From NCBI GenBank assembly GCA_964481655.1, contig CAYZVO010000001.1, positions 63,002 to 127,001 on the forward strand: a DNA stretch of 64,000 nt, written 5' to 3'. Position numbers and translations under genes: made by a program. This DNA is from an uncultured Enterobacterales bacterium (GTDB lineage Bacteria > Myxococcota_A > UBA796 > JAFGLY01). Positions 20,810 through 30,736 of this stretch are shown here, piece after piece (the stretch's first letter is position 1; every line of letters begins with the position of its first letter). A model generated the notes under the pieces. The model made no database searches and was not told the origin of the DNA. It saw only the letters and a program-made list of their open reading frames with translations.

Positions 20810-23335
20810 ATGAAGCCTGTGCGCGCGCTCCTCTTCCCGGCCCTGCTGCTGCTGTCCGCCTGCGACGGCTGCGGCGGTGACGGGCCCGGTCCCGACCCCG
20901 ACGACACCCAGCCCACCACCGACGACACCGGCCCGCCGCCGGACGCGTGCGACGATCACGCCGGGGAGGTGCTCTGCCTGGACGGCGAGGAGCTGGTCTG
21001 CGACGATCAGGGCGACATCGTCTCCCAGGCCGAGTGCGTCGAGGCCGTCTGCGAAGACGGCGAGGGCTGCGTGGCCTGCACGGCGGAGCTGACCGACGCC
21101 TTCGTGCTCGACGAGGACGAGGACAGCGTGGGGGTGGTGCTGGTGGCCCACGGGCTCGGACCCGATGCGCCGTTCTTCCAGCAGAAGATGATGTCCCGGG
21201 CGATCACCGTGACCGCGGAGGCCGGCGCGGTGGAGCTGAGCCTGGACGGTGACGGGGTGTCGCTGTTCGATCCCGATGGCCAGCTCACGGATGGTGTCCT
21301 GAATCTCGCGCCGGGGGTCCTCCCGGCAGAGGTCTATGTGGTCGGTGAGACCGCGGGGGCCGAGGGCCTGCTCACGCTGGCCCACACCGTGGACGGATGC
21401 GAGGCCATCGGCGACAGCCTGCGCCTGCGGGTGGCGTCTCTCCCCGGCCTGGCCGGCGGTGCGCTGGACGCCTTCCCCTGGGTCTCCTTCCACCAAGTGT
21501 TCGAGACCGACCACCCGGTGATGGCCGCGGTGGACCCGGGTCGCCTGCCCGATCGCATCGGCCTCGAGGCCGACGTGTACGTGGTGGAGCACAAGAGCCC
21601 CGACCGCTGGGGTGCCGAGCCTGATCTGGTGGACGTCTCGGGGGGCGTCGAGACCTTGCTGGTGCCCGAGCTGACCATCGACGGCAGCCAGGTGCTCGCC
21701 TGGGCCGCCCCCGACGACCCCGGCACGGCGCTGACCCAGGGCTACGACCTGGTGCTGGACTTCGACGGCGACGGCGAGCTGAGTCCCGGGGACCTCATCG
21801 ACGGGTTGTCCGAGGACACCGCCGGGTTCACCGTCTTCGGCGATCTCACCGCGAGCGGACCCCACGCCGTGGAGACCCTGCAGTACTCCGGCGGCAGCTG
21901 GAAGGGGCAGCGGACCTACCACCCCGCCGACATCGCCAGCCTGGGGCAGCTGCCCGTGGTGGTCATCAGCCACGGCAACGGCCACGACTACACCTGGTAC
22001 GACTTCCTGGGCGAGCACCTGGCCAGCTGGGGCTACGTCGTGATGTCCCACCAGAACAACACCGGCCCGGGCATCGAGACCGCCAGCACCACCACCTTGA
22101 GCAACACCGACTACCTGCTGGGCAACCTCGACAGCATCGGCGGTGGCGTGCTCCAGGGCCACATCGATGGGGCCGCCATCGTCTGGATCGGCCACTCCCG
22201 GGGTGGCGAGGGCGTGGTGCGGGCCTACGACCGCATCGCCGACGGCGACTACACACCGCTGAACTACGTGCTCGGGGACATCGTGCTGGTCTCGAGCATC
22301 GCCCCCACCGTGTTCAACTCGGTCACCGCCAGCGACCCCCACGACGTGCCCTACCACCTGCTGGCGGGGGCGGCGGACGGCGACGTCAACGGCGCGCCGG
22401 ACTGCACCCAGTGCCAGTTCTTCCGCATCGCCGCGGCGGCCCGCGGGCCCCTGCAGATCACCTACGTCCAGGGCGCGGGTCACAACGACTTCAACTGCTG
22501 CGGCTTCGACGACGCCACGGGCCCCGCCCAGATCGGCCGCGCGGAAGCCCAGCAGCTGTCCAAGGCCTACTACCTGGCGCTGCTGCGCTGGTACCTGGAC
22601 GATCTGGCTCCGGCCGCGGAGTACTTCCAGCGGCTCTACGACGATCTGCGACCCTCGGCGCTGGCGCCAAGCACGGTGCTGGCCAACGTCTACCGGCCGG
22701 CGTTGGCGTCCGACCGGCTGGCCCTCGACAACTTCCAGCAGGCTCCGCCGGTGGAGATCTCGTCCTCGGGCGGTGCCGTCACCATCGACGCCAGCGACCC
22801 GGACGAGGACATCCTGCAGGACGGCGACAGCCGCTTCGGGTGGTCCGCGGGCGACACCATGAACGGCATGACCTGGGCCGACGACCCCCTCGACTCCGAC
22901 CGCGGCCTGGTGCTGGGCTGGAGCGCCGGCGACGAGGCCTCCGTCAGCTGGGAGGTCCCCGCGGGCGAGGGTGACTGGTCCGCCTGGAGCGTCTTGAGCT
23001 TCAGGGCCTGTCAGGTCACCCGGCACCCCGACACCGTCGCCCTGGGGGTCCCGCTGGACTTCACCGTGACCCTCGTGGACGGTTCCGGGGCCGAGAGCGG
23101 GGTGTCCTTCGCCAGCCTGGGTGGCCTCAACCAGCCCTATCAGCGCACCAGCTCGGGCCAGGGCAGCGGCTGGGCCAACGAGTTCGAGACCGTCCGCATC
23201 CCGCTGCACGCCTTCGACGCCGAAGGCACCGCCATCGACATCAGCGACATCGCCGCTGTGCGCTTCGACCTGGGAGGCCCCCACGGCTCGGTGCAGGGTC
23301 GCATCGGCGTGGACGACCTGGAGGTGCTGCCGTGA
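20810..23335 (+). CDS. Lipoprotein with alpha/beta-hydrolase core (GHSRGG nucleophile elbow)
   Basis: MKPVRALLFPALLLLSACDG (lipobox). Cys-rich N-terminal region. VVVISHGNGHDYTWYDFLGEHLASWGYVVMSH..VWIGHSRGGEGV..GAGHNDF. Confidence 0.65.
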   Translation: MKPVRALLFPALLLLSACDGCGGDGPGPDPDDTQPTTDDTGPPPDACDDHAGEVLCLDGEELVCDDQGDIVSQAECVEAVCEDGEGCVACTAELTDAFVLDEDEDSVGVVLVAHGLGPDAPFFQQKMMSRAITVTAEAGAVELSLDGDGVSLFDPDGQLTDGVLNLAPGVLPAEVYVVGETAGAEGLLTLAHTVDGCEAIGDSLRLRVASLPGLAGGALDAFPWVSFHQVFETDHPVMAAVDPGRLPDRIGLEADVYVVEHKSPDRWGAEPDLVDVSGGVETLLVPELTIDGSQVLAWAAPDDPGTALTQGYDLVLDFDGDGELSPGDLIDGLSEDTAGFTVFGDLTASGPHAVETLQYSGGSWKGQRTYHPADIASLGQLPVVVISHGNGHDYTWYDFLGEHLASWGYVVMSHQNNTGPGIETASTTTLSNTDYLLGNLDSIGGGVLQGHIDGAAIVWIGHSRGGEGVVRAYDRIADGDYTPLNYVLGDIVLVSSIAPTVFNSVTASDPHDVPYHLLAGAADGDVNGAPDCTQCQFFRIAAAARGPLQITYVQGAGHNDFNCCGFDDATGPAQIGRAEAQQLSKAYYLALLRWYLDDLAPAAEYFQRLYDDLRPSALAPSTVLANVYRPALASDRLALDNFQQAPPVEISSSGGAVTIDASDPDEDILQDGDSRFGWSAGDTMNGMTWADDPLDSDRGLVLGWSAGDEASVSWEVPAGEGDWSAWSVLSFRACQVTRHPDTVALGVPLDFTVTLVDGSGAESGVSFASLGGLNQPYQRTSSGQGSGWANEFETVRIPLHAFDAEGTAIDISDIAAVRFDLGGPHGSVQGRIGVDDLEVLP

Positions 23336-23946
23336 GCTTCGCTCCCCTGATCTTCGCCCTCGCCCTGGCTGGCGCCCCGGCGGTGGTGGCCCAGCAGGCC
23401 CCGCCCGCGGTCGACGCTGCAGTGCTGCCCCTGCCCACCGATGAGCTCGTCGCGGTGCGGGAGTTCAGCCTCGACGAGCCCCGGGCCTACCACTGGATGA
23501 AGGACCACCCTCCCATCCGCGAGGGCCTGCTGTTGGCCATCGACGCCGAGCCCGCGCTCTGCCTGTCCCGTCAGGTGGCCGAGCCGGTGATCTACCTGGG
23601 CGGCGTGCCCGCCGAGCGCCTCGCCGCGGACTGGGAGCGCGGGCGCCTGCTGTTGTTGGTCCCGGGCGCGCCGGATCTGGCGGCGCTGCCGCTGCACTTC
23701 GGCACGCCGGTGTTGCCCGAGCGGATCGACCTCGCCCATGGGGAGGCCGCGCTGGCGGCGGCGAGGGCCGCTGGGCTCCAGCCCTTCACCCCCCAGCAGC
23801 TGGACGCGGCCCGTGCCGCGGGCGGCGATCCGTTGGCATTGGTGGATGAGCGGGGCCTCGAGCGAGCCGTCGCCGACTGGATCGACGCCTGGGCCCCCGC
23901 CGAGGCCGACCGCGCCGACGGACTGCGCGCCCCCGACGTGGAGTGA
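23332..23946 (+). CDS. Secreted hypothetical protein
   Basis: GTG at 23332 overlaps the upstream stop (GTGA). Signal peptide MSFAPLIFALALAGAPAVVAQQ. Confidence 0.5.
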   Translation: MSFAPLIFALALAGAPAVVAQQAPPAVDAAVLPLPTDELVAVREFSLDEPRAYHWMKDHPPIREGLLLAIDAEPALCLSRQVAEPVIYLGGVPAERLAADWERGRLLLLVPGAPDLAALPLHFGTPVLPERIDLAHGEAALAAARAAGLQPFTPQQLDAARAAGGDPLALVDERGLERAVADWIDAWAPAEADRADGLRAPDVE

Positions 23947-24422
23947 TCATGTCGGAGGCGAAGCACGGCCGCTACGGTCGCATCCGAGCCCAACTGATCG
24001 AGCTGCTCGGTGGGAGCCCCGACCCCACCGCGCGCATGGCCACCATCGCAGCGCTGTTGCACCATAAGCAACCTCGATACAGCTGGACCGGATTCTATCG
24101 ATTGATAGATAACGGGAGTCTCATCGTGGGCCCTTACCAGGGCCCGGTGGCCTGTCAGATCCTCCCCGCGGGCGTGGGCGTCTGCCAGGCCGCGGTCTCG
24201 AGGGGAGAGACCGTGGTCGTCGCCGACGTGCACGCCTTCCCGGGTCACATCGCCTGTGACCCGCGCTCCCAGTCCGAGATCGTCGTGCCCGTGCGGGACA
24301 GCTCGGGCGCCATCGTCGCGGTGCTGGACGTGGACTCCACCAAGCCCGGCAGCTTCGACACCGTGGACGCCGAGCACCTCGGGGTGATCGCGGGCTGGGT
24401 GTATGGCGAGGCGATTCGCTGA
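23943..24422 (+). CDS. msrC: GAF-domain protein of the YebR/free methionine-(R)-sulfoxide reductase family
   Basis: WTGFYRLIDNGSLIVGPYQGPVACQILPAGVGVCQAAV..VADVHAFPGHIACDPRSQSEIVVPV..IVAVLDVDS aligns closely with my recollection of E. coli YebR. The start may be ATG at 23949 instead. Confidence 0.75.
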   Translation: MIMSEAKHGRYGRIRAQLIELLGGSPDPTARMATIAALLHHKQPRYSWTGFYRLIDNGSLIVGPYQGPVACQILPAGVGVCQAAVSRGETVVVADVHAFPGHIACDPRSQSEIVVPVRDSSGAIVAVLDVDSTKPGSFDTVDAEHLGVIAGWVYGEAIR

Positions 24423-25875
24423 TCTGATTCTTGCGGGTTCGACACTATGGGCTCTCGGGCGTCTCGATCGTCCCGGAGGCCTGCTCTTGCTGTCCACATC
24501 CGCGCTCTGGATCCTGCTGCCCTTGCTGGGCGCCTGCGCGCCCGGCGCCTCGGCGCTGTCGGTGGAGCAGGACCCGGAGGTCGCCACGGTGCTGCGGGTG
24601 TCGTGGAGCACCGAGGCCCCCGGCAGCTCCTGGGTCGAGTTCGGGCTGGATGGTGAGGCCTCCCAGAGCACCCCGGTGAGCGCGACGACCGCCGTGGACC
24701 ACGCCCACACCCTGCTGGGCCTGCCTCCCTACGAGGATCTCTGGATCCGCGCGATCACCGAGACCGAGGGGGAGCGCCACGTGGTCGAGGGCCGCGCCGC
24801 GACCGGAGCGCTGCCGGCCGTGCTGCCAGAGCTGGCGGTCACGGTGTACGAGCCCGCGCTGGCAAGCCCGGAGCCCTACGCGGTCGGGACCATGCTCGGC
24901 GAGGATGTCGGCGCCGCGGGGGTCTACGCGCTGGATCGCGAAGGTCGCTGCCTCTGGTACCACCAGGATCCCGAGGGCAGCATCCCCCTGGAGCTGGTGT
25001 CCACGGCGGGAGGCGTGGTCTACAACCGCTTCGGTGATGATCCCGAGGTCGATGAGAGCGTGGTGCGGCGGGCCTCCTACGATGGTGTGCTGGACGAGGT
25101 CGTTCCGACCGCGGCTGGACACCACGCCTTCACCCGCTTCCCGGATGGGAGCCTGGCCTGGCTGGCCATCGACGTACGGGCTTGGTGGTCGGAGGACGCG
25201 CAGGCCGAGATCTCGGTGGTGGGTGACGCGGTGGTCCTGCGCAGCCCCGACGGTGTCGAGCGGACCATCTTCTCCACCTGGGACTGGGTGGAACCCGAAC
25301 CGTCATCCCTGTGGGACGACGCGTTCTACCCCCAGGGTGCCGACTGGTCCCACGGCAACGGCCTGCACTACGACGAAGATCGGGACCTGCTGGTGTTGTC
25401 GTTGCGGAACCTCAACACGGTCCTCGAGCTGGCGCTGGACGAGGACCGCACCGACGCCTGGCCGGTGCGGCAGCTGGGGCTCGAGGGCGGTGCACGCTTC
25501 GTCTCGGACGATCGGCTCTACCAGGCCTCCTCCGACGAGGCGTTCCGGATGCAGCACGACCCCACCTTCACCGCCGCGGGGACCCTGCTGTTGACCACGG
25601 TGCTGGACGCGCGCACGCAGGTGGCCGAATACAGCCTCGACGATGACGGCCACAAGCTGCGCCTGGGTCGTACCCACGGCCGTGATGAGGAGCTGCTCAG
25701 CTCGGCCATGGGCATGGCCCGTGAGCTCGCCAACGGCAACTGGCTGGTGAGCTTCGGCACCTCGGGTCTGGTCCAGGAGGTCACGCCCTCGGGGGTGATC
25801 GCCTGGGAGTTGAGGGCGTCTGCGGGCTGCGCCCTGGGAGACGTGCAGCTCTTCGACGGGTTCTACGCGCTCTGA
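24403..25875 (+). CDS. Lipoprotein, arylsulfotransferase (ASST)-like beta-propeller (tentative)
   Basis: LWILLPLLGAC (lipobox). WSHGNGLHYDEDRDLLVLSLRNLNTVLEL and the overall pattern resemble the ASST family. Overlaps the previous gene by 20 nt. Confidence 0.5.
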   Translation: MARRFADLILAGSTLWALGRLDRPGGLLLLSTSALWILLPLLGACAPGASALSVEQDPEVATVLRVSWSTEAPGSSWVEFGLDGEASQSTPVSATTAVDHAHTLLGLPPYEDLWIRAITETEGERHVVEGRAATGALPAVLPELAVTVYEPALASPEPYAVGTMLGEDVGAAGVYALDREGRCLWYHQDPEGSIPLELVSTAGGVVYNRFGDDPEVDESVVRRASYDGVLDEVVPTAAGHHAFTRFPDGSLAWLAIDVRAWWSEDAQAEISVVGDAVVLRSPDGVERTIFSTWDWVEPEPSSLWDDAFYPQGADWSHGNGLHYDEDRDLLVLSLRNLNTVLELALDEDRTDAWPVRQLGLEGGARFVSDDRLYQASSDEAFRMQHDPTFTAAGTLLLTTVLDARTQVAEYSLDDDGHKLRLGRTHGRDEELLSSAMGMARELANGNWLVSFGTSGLVQEVTPSGVIAWELRASAGCALGDVQLFDGFYAL

Positions 25876-25884
25876 TCCCGGACG

Positions 25885-27699
25885 CTACTGGGTCTGCACC
25901 AGGACGCGGCCGACCTCGTCGAAGGTGGTCTCGCCGGCCAGGGCGCGGGCGATGCCGGCTTCGTACATCCACACCACGTTCATGTCCTGGGCGGCCTTGC
26001 GCAGCTCCATTTCGTCACCACCGGCGCGCAGGATGTCGCCGATGCGCTGGTTGGGCACGATGGACTCGTACACCGCCACCCGGCCGCGGTAGCCGGTGTT
26101 CATGCAGCGGTTGCAGCCCCGGGCCTCGCGGTAGTGGGCGGTCTCGACCTGCTCCTTGGTGAGCCCGAACTTGGTGACGACCTCGAGGGGCATGTGCACC
26201 CGCTCCGAGCAGTCCGGGCACAGGCGGCGCATCAGCCGCTGAGCCAGCACCAGGCGCAGGCTGTTGGCCAGCAGGAACGGCTCGAGCTTCATGTCGATCA
26301 GGCGGTTGAAGGTCTCCACCACGCCGTTGGTGTGCAGGGTGGAGAGCACCAGGTGACCGGTCAGTGCGGCCTTGATGGCGATGCTGGCGACCTCGTGGTC
26401 GCGCATCTCACCCACGAAGACCACGTCGGGGTCCTGGCGCAGGATGGCGCGCAGGGCCGAGGCGAAGGTGACGCCTCCCTTCTCCTCGATCTGGACGTGG
26501 TTGATGCCGGGGATCGCGGACTCCACGGGGTCCTCGACGGTGACGATGTTGGTCTCGGGCTCGTTGATGTCGTTGAGCATCGCGTGCAGGGTGGTGGTCT
26601 TGCCGCTGCCGGTGGGGCCGGTGACCAGGACCAGGCCCTGGGGCAGGCGGGCGGCGCGCTTGACCTCCTTGAGCTGATCGGGACGGAAGCCCAGCCGGCC
26701 CAGGTCGGCCAGGTGGGCTTCTTTCTTGAGCAAGCGGATCACGCACTTCTCGCCGTAGGTGGTGGGCAGGGTGTTCACGCGGAAGTGGATGGACTCCTTG
26801 CCCAGCTTGATCATGATGTGGCCGTCCTGGGGACGGCGCCGCATGGAGATGTCCATGCCCGAGATGACCTTGATGCGGGAGATCACCGCGCGGTGCATGC
26901 GGAGGGGCGGAGTGAGCACGGTGAACAGCCGCCCGTCGATCCGGTAGCGCACCCTGAAGAAGGTCTCGTAGGGCTCCAGGTGGATGTCGGAGGCCCGGCG
27001 ATCGGCGGCGTTGAGCAGCATGTAGTTGACCAGCCGCACCACCGGAGGATCCTGACCCTCGTCCGCCTCCTCGGACTCTCCCTCGTCGCCGCCGGCGCTC
27101 TCGTAGGCGGGCCCCATGCCCACGTCGGTCGCGGACAAGCCGTCGTCGCCGGCGATGCTGTCCATCAGCAGGGCGGTGGCGAAGCGGGTGTTGAGGAAGC
27201 GCCGGAAGGTGGTCTCGGTGATGAGCTGCACCTCGATGCTCTTGCAGGCGATGATGAAGCGCAGATCGTCCAGGGCGGCCATGTTGCCCGGATCGGTCAT
27301 GCCCACGACCAGGTGGCGGTCCTCGTACTCCAGGGGGACCAGCTCGTACTGGCGGATGAGCTTCTCGGGGATCTTCAGGAGCACGTCGGCTGGCGGGTCG
27401 ATGGACTCGACCTCACAGGTCTTCAACCCCAGCTGTTTGCCGAGCTGGGCCTCGAGGATCTTGTCGTCCAGGTGTCCCAGGGTGACCAGCACGGAGCCCA
27501 GGCGGCCGCCGTGGGCCTTCTGGTGTCCCAGGGCCTCCTTGAGCTGCTCCGGGGTGATGACGCCTGCGTCCACCAGCTGCTCCCCCAGGCGCGGGCGGCG
27601 TCTGCGGCGCGGCGGATCGTCTGCGGGCTTGACCTGCTCGAGGATCTCGAGGTCGGCCGCGTTCAGCTCGGGCAGGGTCTCGTCGGTGTCAGGGGTCAT
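25885..27699 (-). CDS. GspE/PilB-family secretion ATPase with N-terminal MshEN-type c-di-GMP-binding domain
   Basis: Walker A VLVTGPTGSGKTTTL. Asp and His boxes. C-terminal tetracysteine CPDC..CNRC. The N-terminus carries two 24-aa MshEN motifs. Confidence 0.9.
   Translation of the reverse strand: MTPDTDETLPELNAADLEILEQVKPADDPPRRRRRPRLGEQLVDAGVITPEQLKEALGHQKAHGGRLGSVLVTLGHLDDKILEAQLGKQLGLKTCEVESIDPPADVLLKIPEKLIRQYELVPLEYEDRHLVVGMTDPGNMAALDDLRFIIACKSIEVQLITETTFRRFLNTRFATALLMDSIAGDDGLSATDVGMGPAYESAGGDEGESEEADEGQDPPVVRLVNYMLLNAADRRASDIHLEPYETFFRVRYRIDGRLFTVLTPPLRMHRAVISRIKVISGMDISMRRRPQDGHIMIKLGKESIHFRVNTLPTTYGEKCVIRLLKKEAHLADLGRLGFRPDQLKEVKRAARLPQGLVLVTGPTGSGKTTTLHAMLNDINEPETNIVTVEDPVESAIPGINHVQIEEKGGVTFASALRAILRQDPDVVFVGEMRDHEVASIAIKAALTGHLVLSTLHTNGVVETFNRLIDMKLEPFLLANSLRLVLAQRLMRRLCPDCSERVHMPLEVVTKFGLTKEQVETAHYREARGCNRCMNTGYRGRVAVYESIVPNQRIGDILRAGGDEMELRKAAQDMNVVWMYEAGIARALAGETTFDEVGRVLVQTQ
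27433..27591 (-). other. Tandem MshEN c-di-GMP-binding motifs (residues 37-89 of the ATPase)
   Basis: RLGEQLVDAGVITPEQLKEALGHQ, then KAHGG, then RLGSVLVTLGHLDDKILEAQLGKQ. Both halves fit RLGxx(L/V/I)(L/V/I)xxG(L/V/I)(L/V/I)xxxxLxxxLxxQ, with one His substitution, and they are separated by a 5-residue spacer. Confidence 0.7.
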
Positions 27700-27753
27700 C
27701 GCGGTGCTCCGCGGCTCGTGTGAGCCGGATCGGTGTGGGGTTCGGAGAAAGTG

Positions 27754-29040
<1,287 letters not shown>

Positions 29041-29332
29041 ACCTTAGCGAAGCCGGGCCGCCCCGGGAAGCACCGCGCTCCGTTTCCGGCGTCTACGTCC
29101 CTTCAACGCTGCCAATGGCTGCCGAGGGGTCGCGGTCGCGCGCCGCGCTCGTCGTGCGCGGGGATGTCTGCCCACTTTGCACAGTGTCTGGGCGCCCGAC
29201 TCACGCCTCCCCCACGAGAGCGTAGGAAAAACGGGGATGCTGCCGGCGTGACACCCCCGCGAGGTGGTGATAGCCTCGGCCTGATCCGACCGATCGAACC
29301 GGCTGCAGTGTCCTGCGCCGTCCGGGGAACCC

Positions 29333-30736
29333 ATGAACCGCACCCTCCCAGTCGAGCGCACTGCCTTGCTCGAGGCCGTGCTCGCGGCCTCACCCCACGG
29401 CTTCGCGTTGTACGAGCTCTCGGGGCCTTGCGTGTGGGCCAACCCCGCGGTTGCAGAGCTGATCGGCGCGCGCCCGGAGCAGGTGCTCGAACAGGACTAC
29501 CGGCGCATCGGGTCCTGGAAGCAGAGCGGCCTGTTGGAGGCCGCCGAGCACGCCTTGGCGTCGGACAGCACGGTGCGGCGCCAGCTCAGCGTGGTCACCA
29601 CCTTCGGCAAGCAGGCTCAGCTCGAGATCGAGTTCGGCCGGGTCGACATCGACGGGCGCGGCTTCCTGCTGCTCTCCATCTGCGAGATCACCGACCTGAT
29701 GGCCGCCAACCTCGAGCGCCAGGCGGCCCTCGCCGCCCTCGAGCGCAGCCAGCAGGAGTTCCGGGCCATCGTCGATCAACACCCCGAGGCCATCCTGGTC
29801 AGCGACGAGGCCGGCATCCTGCGCTTCGCCAACCCACGGGCGGCGGTGATGCTCGGCAGCGCGGTGCACCGCCTGGTCGGTAAGCCCCTGCAGCTCACGA
29901 CGGTCACCCCGTCCTCCCACGACGTCGAGATCGTGCGCGCCGACGGGACCCGCGGCGTCGCCTCCGTCCGCAGCGCGCCCACCGCGTGGAAGGGGACCCA
30001 GGCGCGGCTCATCACCCTGCACGACATCACCGACTTGCGGCGCGCAGAGGACGATCTCCGGGCCTCGGAGCAGCTCATCGCCCAGGAGCGCCAGCGCGAG
30101 GAGGTCGACCGCCTGGCCGGCTCGGTGGCCCACAGCCTCAACAACCAGCTGATGGTGCTTCGGGGCCACCTCGAGCTGCTCGAGGCCCAGCTCGAAGGCC
30201 ACGCCGTGGCCGAGCGGCGCTTCCCCGTGCTCTTCGAAGCCCTCGACCAGCTGCGGGACCTCGGGCGGGGCGTGATGGACATGGGCCGGCCCCAGCCCGC
30301 CCCCACCGACGGCGGCGGATCCCCGGAGCCCAGCAGCGGCGCAGCCTGGGTTGTGGAGCCCCCGACGGCCCCCGTGATCCTGCTGGCCGAGGACGAGCCG
30401 GAGCTGCGCGCGACGGTGGCCGAAGCGCTGATGGCCAGGGGCTTCGAGGTGCTCGAGGCAGCTGACGGGCCCGCCGCCCTCGAGCTGGCCCGGGGCTGGG
30501 AGGGCACCATCGATCTGCTGCTCACCGATGTGGTGATGCCGGGGATGGACGGCGTGGAGCTGCACCTGCTGCTCACCCAGGAGCGGCCGGACGTCCCGGT
30601 GCTCTACATGTCCGGCTACGCCGAGTCCGACTACGCGCAGCTGCACGACCTCGCGGCCCAGGGCCGCTACCTGCAGAAGCCCTTCTCCATCCACTACCTG
30701 GCGGGCAAGGTCGAGCAGGCGTTGGCCGACGCCTAG
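29333..30736 (+). CDS. PAS-PAS-DHp(HisKA-like)-receiver protein lacking a catalytic ATPase domain
   Basis: Two PAS-like segments. H-box LAGSVAHSLNNQLMVLRGHLELL is followed about 75 aa later by a REC domain (VILLAEDEPELR..DLLLTDVVMPGMDG..KPF). No N/G1/G2 boxes lie between them. Confidence 0.8.
   Translation: MNRTLPVERTALLEAVLAASPHGFALYELSGPCVWANPAVAELIGARPEQVLEQDYRRIGSWKQSGLLEAAEHALASDSTVRRQLSVVTTFGKQAQLEIEFGRVDIDGRGFLLLSICEITDLMAANLERQAALAALERSQQEFRAIVDQHPEAILVSDEAGILRFANPRAAVMLGSAVHRLVGKPLQLTTVTPSSHDVEIVRADGTRGVASVRSAPTAWKGTQARLITLHDITDLRRAEDDLRASEQLIAQERQREEVDRLAGSVAHSLNNQLMVLRGHLELLEAQLEGHAVAERRFPVLFEALDQLRDLGRGVMDMGRPQPAPTDGGGSPEPSSGAAWVVEPPTAPVILLAEDEPELRATVAEALMARGFEVLEAADGPAALELARGWEGTIDLLLTDVVMPGMDGVELHLLLTQERPDVPVLYMSGYAESDYAQLHDLAAQGRYLQKPFSIHYLAGKVEQALADA

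Noticed and set aside
19145-23284. 1379-aa minus-strand ORF spanning the MscS, hypothetical, hydrolase and secreted-protein genes
   Set aside because: Its composition (G/A/V/R/D/H-rich, low complexity) is that of an antisense shadow. Four well-supported plus-strand genes with tight coupling occupy the same DNA.
24060-24130. Locally AT-richer patch (caccataagcaacctcgatacagctggaccggattctatcgattgatagataacggg)
   Set aside because: It lies in-frame within the conserved core of the GAF/MsrC-like gene (..HHKQPRYSWTGFYRLIDNGS..). This reflects protein constraint and is not an insertion or RNA element.
24428-24445. tRNA T-arm-like string gcgggttcgacac
   Set aside because: No acceptor, D-arm or anticodon-arm complementarity surrounds it. 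It lies inside the N-terminal coding region of the lipoprotein gene.
29041-29332. The 292-bp divergent intergenic region next to the GGDEF gene, examined for a c-di-GMP riboswitch (GEMM-type) or a sigma-54 promoter
   Set aside because: I could not find the conserved GGCAAA / CGCAAAGC-type cores or a TGGCAC-N5-TTGC element on either strand. A covariance-model scan would be needed to exclude them formally.
29390-30732. Downstream 450 codons of the 1078-aa ORF 29390..32626
   Set aside because: After the C14 run this frame becomes R/P/G-rich nonsense and runs antisense through the well-supported PAS-REC gene. The real C-terminus is in the adjacent frame and ends at 30733.
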